15,598 bases of DNA from a bacterium (GCA_043811375.1 JBDRNJ010000089.1:1-15598); one strand, 5' to 3'; positions 1-7,580 are shown, numbered from the stretch's first letter. Notes: generated from the letters alone by a model not told the origin. Numbers and translations: made by a program.

Positions 1-45
1 TACATAACTGAACATCGCCTGCTGATCATCATCGGTGCCGCGCAT
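1..45 (-). CDS. IS5-family DDE transposase, N-terminal 15 codons (partial)
   Basis: Minus strand from ATG at 45 reads MRGTDDDQQAMFSYV, matching the typical MRGxDxxxxxxFSYV start of IS5-family (DUF772-containing) transposases. GAGAGGG SD-like sequence lies upstream. Not in the ORF track because it is truncated. Confidence 0.8.
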   Translation of the reverse strand, partial: MRGTDDDQQAMFSYV

Positions 46-125
46 TGCTGGACCCTCTCATATGGAGTATCGTTTTGATCCCCAACAATACCCCAATGAT
101 ATATAAAATTCAGCTAAAATGAGGA

Positions 126-141
126 GTTTTTCAACAGCCTG
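126..141. repeat. IS terminal inverted repeat (transposase-5' end)
   Basis: GTTTTTCAACAGCCTG followed by TTAA. The partner repeat is outside the window. Confidence 0.7.
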
Positions 142-480
142 TTAATGTCTTGCAGGCCGATAAGTCGTATTGTTCAGGCACCGAAGCTTCAGGGACGGGC
201 AAGAAGGATAATCGAGCAACAGAAGAGAATCAAAGACCGAACGTTGAAACAGAGAAAACGAGAATACCGAAAAACGATTGCCAGGCGACAGACTACGTCT
301 TAACTTCAAGTCCAACCTGTCCGGATTAGGCTGAACCGCTGCACATCAGATGATATTGAATCAGTTGACCGTCGGGGACAGAACCCTGACGTGTCCTAGG
401 TAGATCGCACAAGCCGACTGCCTTTCAAGGTACACCGTGCAGCCCATCTTGAGAAGGAGCGTCCGGTCCTTGCCAGTCAC

Positions 481-1470
481 CTAGACTCCGCGGATGAACC
501 GAGCGGACTCTTCCGGGAGAACAGTGTTGATGTATATGCCTGATCCAATCTCGAATCCGGCGGCTGTCGAAATTCGGGGAATGATCACCATATACCAGTG
601 AAGGTGTCGGGTGTCATGATCCCCTACCGGTGCCGAACGTATGATGTAATTGTAGTCCGGATTCCTCAATCCCCGGTACAGCCGGCTTAGAACATCCCGC
701 AGGATAATGGCCAATTCGTCTAACTCATCGTCCGTAATCAAAATGAAACTAGGTTGATGAATCTTCGGATATATCCGACATTCGAACGGCGACCTAGCCG
801 CAAACGGGCAGAACGACACAAAGTGGTCGGTCTCTGTGATTATGCGCTCCTGCAGTCTAATCTCTTCGGCAACCAGATCGCAGTATACACAGGTGCCGTG
901 CTGGTCGTAATACATGACGGCTTGTTCCATTGGGTAGCGGACGTGGGGTGGTATGATCGGTGTCGCAATAATCTGAGAGTGCGGGTGTTCTAGTGAAGTT
1001 CCGGCCTTCGCTCCATGGTTCCGAAAGACCGTAACCAGATTTATCCTGGAATCTTGACTGACCTGAGCTTGACGCTCGTGATAGGCTCTCAGAACAGCCG
1101 CGACCTCCGGCAATTCCATGGTTGCAATAGTCTGATTATGGTGCGGATGTTCTACTACAACCTCGGCTATGCCGAACCCCCCGGCCGAAAGAAAAGCGCC
1201 TGTCTGTGAGCGAGAAGCCGATAGATCCGGCCGGAGAGCTGCAAACTTGTTGGGTACTACTCTAACCTGCCAATTCCCCTGATTGGGATAGACGTAAGTT
1301 GCTGACTCGGTCTGACCTTCGTTGCCAGTACAGAAGGGGCAGTCATGTCTGCGTTTAGGTACATTTGCACTTATATACGACGGCGAATGGAAGTCCTCGG
1401 GGCGCCCCCCTCTCTCGGGGGCTAGAATAACCCATTCTCTAGTGGCAATGTTCTGGCGATATTCCGGCAT
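481..1470 (-). CDS. galT: Galactose-1-phosphate uridylyltransferase family (class I GalT, HIT superfamily) nucleotidyltransferase
   Basis: Motifs: N-terminal EYRQNIATREWVILAPERGGRP, Zn-binding CPFC, RVVPNKFAAL, FRNHGAKAGTSLEHPHSQ (catalytic HPH), HWYMVIIPR and AGFEIGSGIYINTVLPE. Start moved from 1542 to the ATG at 1470 (MPEYRQ), which has a GGAGG SD; 329 aa. Substrate not certain. Confidence 0.88.
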   Translation of the reverse strand: MPEYRQNIATREWVILAPERGGRPEDFHSPSYISANVPKRRHDCPFCTGNEGQTESATYVYPNQGNWQVRVVPNKFAALRPDLSASRSQTGAFLSAGGFGIAEVVVEHPHHNQTIATMELPEVAAVLRAYHERQAQVSQDSRINLVTVFRNHGAKAGTSLEHPHSQIIATPIIPPHVRYPMEQAVMYYDQHGTCVYCDLVAEEIRLQERIITETDHFVSFCPFAARSPFECRIYPKIHQPSFILITDDELDELAIILRDVLSRLYRGLRNPDYNYIIRSAPVGDHDTRHLHWYMVIIPRISTAAGFEIGSGIYINTVLPEESARFIRGV

Positions 1471-1706
1471 AGTCGATCCTCCGTTCGATACCGTTAAGTT
1501 ATCTACTTGTATTCCAGGAGGCAAGTCCGGATGAAATGCCAATGAATAGAAAGAAACCTCGCGTGAAAAATCCCTATAAAGACTATCGCCTGTTCCTTGG
1601 ATTCGCCCCTCACGGATTTCGGTTGCCAGAATAGCATTGGCCGATATATCTTCTTCCAGGTGTTTTTGTTGCCAGCATCGGACCGGATAGTTTTTGCGGA
1701 GAAGCC

Positions 1707-3191
1707 ATGAAACTTGCTCTGAAGTTCGCCTTATCGTTTATAGCAGTCACCATTGTTGTCTGGGGGGTTGCATCGTATATTCGCGTGCAGCGTGAGATCA
1801 ACTTGTTTGAGCTCGATATCCGGAGAGATCACGAATCGATTGGTATAGATCTGGCTGCCGCAGTTGCAGACATTTGGCGTCTCGGTGGCGAGAAAGCGGC
1901 TCGCGAGTTCGTCGACCACGCAAACGAAACCAAGAGTCACGTCTCCATAGCTCTTCTCTCCATCGATTCTATGATGCACTCTCTGGTCGTGCAACAGACC
2001 GAGTCATCTTCCGCTATATTGGATGAAATGACAGTCCATGCTGTCAGCGTATTGTACGAGGATAGCACCGAGACTGAATGGGTGTACACATATGTGCCTG
2101 TATCCGACGGAACAACTACGGGTTCTGTGCTTGAGTTATGTGAGTCTCTTTCTCACAAGAATGAATATGTCAGCTCGACTATTCGAAACGCTGTCCTCTA
2201 TACCTTGACGCTGGGCGTGATAGCCGGAGGGATTGCTATGCTATTGGGCGCGGTCTTCATAGTAAGACCAGTCAGGGCCTTGATGAAGAAGGCGCGGCAA
2301 GTAGCCGAGGGGGACCTCCGGAGTGACGTGCGGTTGCGACAGGCCGATGAACTGGGCGAACTAGGCATAGAGTTGAATGCGATGAGTTCACGGCTGGCCG
2401 TAGCTCGCCACGAGGCAGCAATCGAATCTGCTGCCCACGAAACAGCGACCCAACAGCTTCGACATGCAGATCGCCTTACTACAGTGGGGAAACTGGCTGC
2501 GGCTGTTGCCCACGAACTCGGGACACCGCTAAATGTTATCAAGGCCCGGGCGCGCATGATCGCGGAGAAGGAAGTCGAGGGTGATGGTGCCATCTCTTCC
2601 GGCCTGATAATTGTTGAGCAATCAGATCGTATGTCCCGCACAATCCGAGGGTTGCTTGATTTGTCTCGCAGAGACTCCCCCGGCACTGAGCTTGTGGATC
2701 TCAGAAATGTCGTAAATCAAGCCCTGGGCTTGATTGAGCCGATGACACACAAGAACCGAGTTAGCTTATCCGCTTGTAGTGCCGGTACACCCACCCTAGT
2801 GATGGCGGACGCCGATCAGATGCGCCAAGTACTAATGAACCTCATGGTGAATGCTGTGGAGGCCATGCCGGATGGTGGCGATTTAGCAGTGAGCGTTCAG
2901 TCCTTTCAGACGGACGTAGTCGCGAAGGGAGATGAGCACAGTGGGCCGTGCGCGGTTATCAGTGTTAGCGATACCGGGGTCGGCATTCCGCCAAAAGACA
3001 TTGATCAGTTGTTTGAACCGTTTTTCACCACCAAGGATCCGGAGAAAGGCACCGGCTTGGGATTATCCATATCCGCTGACATTGTAAAGGCGCACGGTGG
3101 CCGTATCGAGGTCAAGAGCGTGCCAGGGTATGGCTCGGTCTTTACTGTCTACTTGCCGACCAACTCCGAATCCATTAAGGGAGCGCTCTAA
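1707..3191 (+). CDS. Membrane sensor histidine kinase (TM - extracytoplasmic loop - TM - HAMP - HisKA - HATPase_c), NtrB/AtoS-like
   Basis: Two hydrophobic segments, HAMP (RPVRAL...DELGELGIELNAM), H-box AHELGTPLNVI, N-box QVLMNLMVNAVEAM, G1 DTGVGI, F-box FEPFFTTK, G2 GTGLGL. GGAG SD. Confidence 0.96.
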   Translation: MKLALKFALSFIAVTIVVWGVASYIRVQREINLFELDIRRDHESIGIDLAAAVADIWRLGGEKAAREFVDHANETKSHVSIALLSIDSMMHSLVVQQTESSSAILDEMTVHAVSVLYEDSTETEWVYTYVPVSDGTTTGSVLELCESLSHKNEYVSSTIRNAVLYTLTLGVIAGGIAMLLGAVFIVRPVRALMKKARQVAEGDLRSDVRLRQADELGELGIELNAMSSRLAVARHEAAIESAAHETATQQLRHADRLTTVGKLAAAVAHELGTPLNVIKARARMIAEKEVEGDGAISSGLIIVEQSDRMSRTIRGLLDLSRRDSPGTELVDLRNVVNQALGLIEPMTHKNRVSLSACSAGTPTLVMADADQMRQVLMNLMVNAVEAMPDGGDLAVSVQSFQTDVVAKGDEHSGPCAVISVSDTGVGIPPKDIDQLFEPFFTTKDPEKGTGLGLSISADIVKAHGGRIEVKSVPGYGSVFTVYLPTNSESIKGAL

Positions 3192-4546
3192 TGCGGGGTC
3201 ATATCCTGATTGTCGATGATGATCGCAGTACTTGTGAGCTGCTGGAGGAGTCCTTATCACGAAGCAAATTCGACGTGACTTGGCGCACCTCTGCTGCCGA
3301 AGCATTGGAACTACTTAACGAATCGGATTTTGACACTGTTGTCACCGATCTGAACATGCCGGGGGTCGATGGCCTGGAGTTGTGTGATCGCATAGCGGGT
3401 AGCAGAGAGAACCTGCCCGTCGTCGTTATTACTGCGTACGGCAGCCTTGACACTGCGGTGGCTGCAATTCGTGCGGGGGCTTATGATTTCGTCACCAAGC
3501 CTTTTGAAAAAGAAGCACTTATCCTAGCTCTAGATCGAGCGGTGCAGCATCGCCAACTGAAGGAAGAGGTCCGGAGATTGCGAGAAACCGTCGGTGAAAT
3601 TAGTTCCGCCACCGCTTTGCTTGGCGAAAGCGATGCCATGAAGAGTCTCCGGGCTCTGATTATTCGCGTAGCCAAAGCCGACACTTCCGTTCTGATCTCC
3701 GGAGAGACTGGGACGGGCAAAGAGCTTGTCGCCCGGGAACTTCACAACCGGAGCCATCGGCACGCGGGGCCGTTTATTGGGATCAACTGTGCTGCGATGC
3801 CTGAGACATTACTCGAAAGCGAACTATTCGGGCACATTCGTGGAGCCTTCACCGATGCGCGAAGTGATCACGTCGGGCTGCTGGTGCAGGCCAACGGCGG
3901 GACCCTTTTACTGGACGAGATCGGTGCGATGCCCTTGGGCTTGCAGTCGAAGGTTCTCCGCGCTCTCCAGGAACGCAAGGTGCGGCCTGTGGGTTCAAAC
4001 TCTGAAGTGGATTTCGATGTCCGCATAGTCTCAGCTTCTAACGTCGACCTTGAGAATGCAGTTGACGAAGGCCGGTTTCGGCAGGATCTGTTTTTCCGGA
4101 TAAATGTCATCTATATAGAAGTCCCTCCACTCCGCGCTCGTGGATCCGATATCCTCCTTCTGGCTCAACACTTCATAAAGAGCTTCTCTAAGCGTATGAA
4201 CAGGGAGGTCCACGGAGTGAACCACTCTGCCGCTGAGAAACTCCAGTCCTTCAGTTGGCCGGGCAATGTTCGCGAACTGCAGAATTGCATTGAGCGCGCA
4301 ATTGCCCTCGCCACACACGAGTTGATTACCGTCGAAGATCTGCCTGAGAAAATCCGCAGTCACCGGCCATCGCACCTGTTCCTGGCGGGTGACGATCCGC
4401 GAGACTTGATACCACTGGCAGAGTTGGAGCGACGGTATATTTTCAAGGTCCTTGAAGCGGCGCAGGACAGCAAAACGGAAGCCGCTCGCATACTCGGTCT
4501 GGATCGCAAAACTCTTTATCGTAAGCTGGAACAGTACAAGAGATAG
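3191..4546 (+). CDS. Sigma-54-dependent response regulator (REC - AAA+ - Fis HTH), NtrC/AtoC family
   Basis: ILIVDDD, phosphoacceptor TDLNMPG, Walker A GETGTGKE, ESELFGH-GAFTDA loop, Walker B LLLDEIG, FRQDLFFRINV, WPGNVRELQN, C-terminal AARILGLDRKTLYRKL. TAATG overlap with the kinase stop. Confidence 0.97.
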   Translation: MRGHILIVDDDRSTCELLEESLSRSKFDVTWRTSAAEALELLNESDFDTVVTDLNMPGVDGLELCDRIAGSRENLPVVVITAYGSLDTAVAAIRAGAYDFVTKPFEKEALILALDRAVQHRQLKEEVRRLRETVGEISSATALLGESDAMKSLRALIIRVAKADTSVLISGETGTGKELVARELHNRSHRHAGPFIGINCAAMPETLLESELFGHIRGAFTDARSDHVGLLVQANGGTLLLDEIGAMPLGLQSKVLRALQERKVRPVGSNSEVDFDVRIVSASNVDLENAVDEGRFRQDLFFRINVIYIEVPPLRARGSDILLLAQHFIKSFSKRMNREVHGVNHSAAEKLQSFSWPGNVRELQNCIERAIALATHELITVEDLPEKIRSHRPSHLFLAGDDPRDLIPLAELERRYIFKVLEAAQDSKTEAARILGLDRKTLYRKLEQYKR

Positions 4547-4570
4547 TTCCCCCCGTACATTGTAGCACCT

Positions 4571-4604
4571 TGGGGCAGAAGGCCTCATGAGGCGAATGGC
4601 CCCG
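4571..4604. promoter_or_regulatory. Two adjacent 17-bp imperfect palindromes, putative upstream activator (enhancer) sites
   Basis: TGGGGC-AGAAG-GCCTCA (4571-4587) and TGAGGC-GAATG-GCCCCG (4588-4604). The 6-5-6 geometry resembles NtrC boxes, and the sites lie ~150-180 bp upstream of the -24 element. Confidence 0.6.
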
Positions 4605-4752
4605 CCCCGCCGCGGCCCATCTCCCATTCCTCCAAGACCCTCCGGCCTCGCCGGCCAACAGTCCGCGTGGAGGTCTAATAATATGCGGGACAACCAGTAA
4701 CCCGACCGCCTTTGGTTCCTTCTTTGACCTAAGGCACCCCCACGAATTCGAT

Positions 4753-4768
4753 TGGCACGCCCTATGCT
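4753..4768 (+). promoter_or_regulatory. Sigma-54 (RpoN) -24/-12 promoter
   Basis: TGGCACGCCCTATGCT: GG(4754-55)-N10-GC(4766-67), near consensus TGGCACG-N4-TTGCW, directly downstream of a sigma-54 activator gene. Predicted +1 is ~4779. Confidence 0.85.
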
Positions 4769-4778
4769 ATTCCAACTG

Positions 4779-5248
4779 TCAGAACCGGCATGAAGCCGGA
4801 AAGGAGTACCTTTGATGAAACGACTGAACACCTGCGAGGAACCGAGCGATGTCTGCCGGCTGCGAAACTAAAGAAAGCTACGCCAACCGTCGTAACCGAC
4901 GTGCGTACCCGCGACCCATGGTCGCACTCCACGCAGCACTGCAGCCCAAAAATCGGAACTTGCGGATAGACGTCAGAAGGATCTTGAATTCAGGCTCCGG
5001 CCTTGAAGTCGCAAGAGGATGCGACCAAACCGGCTGGAAGAAATACAGGGATGGCGGCCGGAGCCTGCGGTACTCGGGAGTATCAGAATGCATGACGCAG
5101 TGGCACGAACGGCACGCGATTGAGCTTAAGTCGCGTGCCGTTGTTGTGCCAGCCGGACCAACTCCGCTGGCAGATTCCGTGCAAATGAACATCATCTGAA
5201 CATATGCAGTAAGGGATAAACCCTAATTTCCACAAGGAGATGGAAAAG
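4779..5248 (+). ncRNA. Putative long structured 5' leader or sRNA
   Basis: Perfect 12-bp stems at 4991-5002/5056-5067 and 5108-5119/5131-5142. Further hairpins at 4785-4799, 4889-4900, 4911-4925, 5008-5025, 5147-5172 and 5212-5224. No recognisable protein is encoded and no known RNA family was recognised. Confidence 0.45.
4815..4871 (+). CDS. Putative 18-aa leader peptide MKRLNTCEEPSDVCRLRN
   Basis: AAGGAG (4801-4806) lies 8 nt before ATG 4815, and this is the first SD-led start after the predicted TSS. Stop TAA at 4869-4871. Confidence 0.4.
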   Translation: MKRLNTCEEPSDVCRLRN

Positions 5249-5905
5249 ATGAACAACAAAAAGAGATACGCGTTTTCTGTAGCTGTTTTGACCTCTGCGC
5301 TTCTCGTGACCATAGCTGCCGGATGCGGCCACAACAAGCAGGTCGCCGCTGAAAGCCAAAAGGCTCAGGCACAGGTGGCCGATCTCCAGAAGAAGGTCAG
5401 CCAATTGGAGGCCGAGAAGAACAAAGCCAAGCAAGAAACTGACAACCTGCAAAAGGAATTGGCCCAATTGGCCGACAAAGAAAAGCTAAACCTCCAGAAA
5501 CTCGATCAGTATTCAGTATTGTCTCTTCCCAATACGCTCGTTTTCAGCAGCGGCAGCATCAAACTGTCGGCCGAAGGTACGGCGGTCCTGGGCAAGATTG
5601 CTGAAGTCCTGAAGCGTTACCCCGCATATGAGATTCGAATCGAGGGGCATACGGACAACAAGCAAATTAGGCCTGAATTCCAGAACAAGTATGCGACGAA
5701 TTGGGAGCTCTCATCAGCGCGCGCGACCGCTGTTGTCCGCCATCTTACTAACCAGCACAAGATGAATCCGCAGAGGCTCGGAGCTGTTGGCTACGGTGAA
5801 CATCGGCCGGCAGCTACCAATGACAACGAAGATGGGCGAGCCAAGAACCGTCGCGTAGAGTTTCACATTTACCCCGCGATGCAATCAAGGGTTCTCAATA
5901 AGTGA
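5249..5905 (+). CDS. OmpA/MotB-like peptidoglycan-binding lipoprotein with coiled coil
   Basis: Basic N-terminus, hydrophobic stretch, lipobox IAAG-C and a K/Q/E-rich coiled coil. C-terminal IEGHTDN, NWELSSARA, AVGYGEHRP and GRAKNRRVEF. AAGGAG (5234-5239) spacing favours ATG 5249 over 5240. Confidence 0.9.
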   Translation: MNNKKRYAFSVAVLTSALLVTIAAGCGHNKQVAAESQKAQAQVADLQKKVSQLEAEKNKAKQETDNLQKELAQLADKEKLNLQKLDQYSVLSLPNTLVFSSGSIKLSAEGTAVLGKIAEVLKRYPAYEIRIEGHTDNKQIRPEFQNKYATNWELSSARATAVVRHLTNQHKMNPQRLGAVGYGEHRPAATNDNEDGRAKNRRVEFHIYPAMQSRVLNK

Positions 5906-6028
5906 GGACAGTCAGTTAGGGACTTCGGAGCTAAGCAGGCCGGTTCGCGCGTCAGCCAAGAGATAGAGACAGCGGACCGGTCCTCCGGCGAGACGAATAG
6001 GAATTGAATCAATGGAAGTTACGGTCCA

Positions 6029-7027
6029 ATGCTGAATCAGATGACCAGTCATGAACTCTGGGCGGTCGTGCTTGCCGGGGGTGAGGGGAAACGACTGCAG
6101 GAGTATACCCGCGATAGGTTGGGCGTCTCGCTCCCGAAACAGTTTTGCGTCCTCCACGGCACAAGAAGCCTGTTGCAGAGAACTGTGAGCCGCGTGAACA
6201 AGCTGGTTCCAGCAGCGCGAACGGTGATTACCGTTCCACAGGCGTATCTGAAGGTCGCAATTGGTCAACTTGACGGGCGCCGTATACGCCTCGCTGTTCA
6301 GCCCTGCAATCGTGATACCACGGCTGCAGTGTTTCTGTCTCTATTATATGTATACAAGCAGTCCCCAGATGCCATGGTAGTGGTAGTGCCCTCAGACCAC
6401 TACGTATCACCCGAGGAAGCATTCCTCACCAGCTTATTGCGAGCAACACGTGTTGCGTCGGCGCACCGGAATAGGATTGTTCTGATAGGATGCAAACCCG
6501 GTTGTCGCGATACCGATCTCGGGTTCGTTGTCCCGGCTGCAGAACACTCTGGCAGCAGTGCCGAGAATGCGATACTCGTTTCGTGCGTCGAGGAGAAACC
6601 GAACCAGTCACTGCGCGACAAACTCGTTGACCGCTGCGCCTATTTGAACACGTTCATTATGGTGGGCGCTCTCTCAGCGTTTTTAAAAGCGGGGTACGAT
6701 ACTGTTCCCGGCATCCTAAGTGTACTGGAAGAATTGCACCCCGTTATCGGTACGCCGCGCGAACAGGAAACCTGTAAGAAGGCGTTCGCACGCATATCGA
6801 ATAGCAACTTCACGAAGGACGTCCTGTCTGCTGTGCCTGATCGGCTCTTGCTAGTACCGATGAACGAGCCTTGTCACTGGCTGGATGTCGGTAGACCGGA
6901 GAAAGTTGAGCAGATGCTTCAGTTGCTGTCCGGCGAGGCCAGGAACCTCCCTGATGCTTCGAGGACTGCAATTGTCGGCCCCGCTGTTAATCAGCATCAG
7001 GAGACACATGGTCATGCATACAGGTAG
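6029..7027 (+). CDS. Sugar-phosphate nucleotidyltransferase, mannose-1-phosphate guanylyltransferase-like (no cupin domain)
   Basis: AVVLAGGEGKRL, PKQF, SLLQRTVSR, QPCNRDT, VVPSDHY, EEKP and WLDVG. Start could be 6029 or 6041. Confidence 0.85.
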   Translation: MLNQMTSHELWAVVLAGGEGKRLQEYTRDRLGVSLPKQFCVLHGTRSLLQRTVSRVNKLVPAARTVITVPQAYLKVAIGQLDGRRIRLAVQPCNRDTTAAVFLSLLYVYKQSPDAMVVVVPSDHYVSPEEAFLTSLLRATRVASAHRNRIVLIGCKPGCRDTDLGFVVPAAEHSGSSAENAILVSCVEEKPNQSLRDKLVDRCAYLNTFIMVGALSAFLKAGYDTVPGILSVLEELHPVIGTPREQETCKKAFARISNSNFTKDVLSAVPDRLLLVPMNEPCHWLDVGRPEKVEQMLQLLSGEARNLPDASRTAIVGPAVNQHQETHGHAYR

Positions 7028-7580
7028 TCGATGGACAGAGATCATGGTGTCGTCTCTCGACCGACACTTCCCATGGGCGTGCGACTGCGACACACCTATT
7101 CCGCCGGACCGACTGCGATTGCGATTACATGAGTTTGCTCGGGAAGTGGATGAACAGGTTGCCGTCAATAGCGATGGTCGAGACATTCTCGAGTGGAGAG
7201 TTGCGAGCGCAATGCTCCGAGTACTGGTTAAGAAGATAAAACGGATTCCACGTCGTGGAAGCGTGAATTGTCTGAATGCCTTCGGCCCCCATTCGGACGG
7301 ATTCGTGTGGGCGGTGTACAGAAACAATGTCACGGTGCGAGATGCGATCGATACGTGGTGTCATCATTTAGGATGGAAACACGTTTACATTGTTGACTAT
7401 AGAGCCACAGACTCGCCGACCGACATTTCGCGTTATGGGGTCCATCTTGTCGGCCTGCGCTCGAACTCTCTTCTGAATAGACTTAGTGCGATGAGATCAC
7501 AGGGACAGTGGCAACATCGTCAGACGAACTCACTCCCAGCAGATATTGAACTGAAGCAAGGTTTCACGACAGCTAACTGA
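7014..7580 (+). CDS. Hypothetical protein (~188 aa)
   Basis: Open frame fills the gap between two co-directional genes. AGGAG (6999-7003) precedes in-frame ATGs at 7008 and 7014, overlapping the upstream stop. Ends 13 bp before the next gene. No family recognised, and the 6885 start is unlikely. Confidence 0.5.
   Translation: MHTGSRWTEIMVSSLDRHFPWACDCDTPIPPDRLRLRLHEFAREVDEQVAVNSDGRDILEWRVASAMLRVLVKKIKRIPRRGSVNCLNAFGPHSDGFVWAVYRNNVTVRDAIDTWCHHLGWKHVYIVDYRATDSPTDISRYGVHLVGLRSNSLLNRLSAMRSQGQWQHRQTNSLPADIELKQGFTTAN

Larger units (their letters stand above)
1..141 (-). mobile_element. 5' end of an IS5-family insertion sequence (continues off the left edge)
   Basis: Terminal sequence reads CAGGCTGTTGAAAAAC on the minus strand (126-141), a recognisable IS5/IS1182-type end, abutting TTAA (142-145, probable target site). 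It points into a transposase N-terminus at 45. Confidence 0.8.

Noticed and set aside
145..303. 52-codon basic ORF (MSCRPISRIVQ...) right after the IS end
   Set aside because: No recognisable motif; the start abuts the IS target site. Cannot be distinguished from chance or a gene remnant.
367..395. Hairpin CGTCGGGG/CCCTGACG downstream of galT
   Set aside because: No U tract on either strand and single copy, so neither a terminator nor a REP element can be supported.
1471..1542. N-terminal extension of GalT in the ORF track
   Set aside because: Family similarity begins at MPEYRQ, and ATG 1470 has a GGAGG SD.
3842..3859. GAFTDA instead of GAFTGA in the activator
   Set aside because: A common natural variant; F and T are retained and a cognate RpoN promoter follows, so it is no evidence of sigma-54 independence.
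5101..5125. Additional TGGCAC/GGCACG motifs (also 13494) as sigma-54 promoters
   Set aside because: No GC at the required GG-N10-GC spacing; they are arms of inverted repeats.
4849..5199. 116-aa plus-strand ORF and 105-aa antisense ORF (4878-5195) in the leader
   Set aside because: Arg-rich, no domain features, and weak SD support. The long inverted repeats are better explained by RNA structure. Not fully excluded.
4779..5248. Leader as tmRNA, RNase P, 6S RNA or a known riboswitch
   Set aside because: No tRNA-like ends, ALAA-type tag or recognisable conserved motifs of these families.
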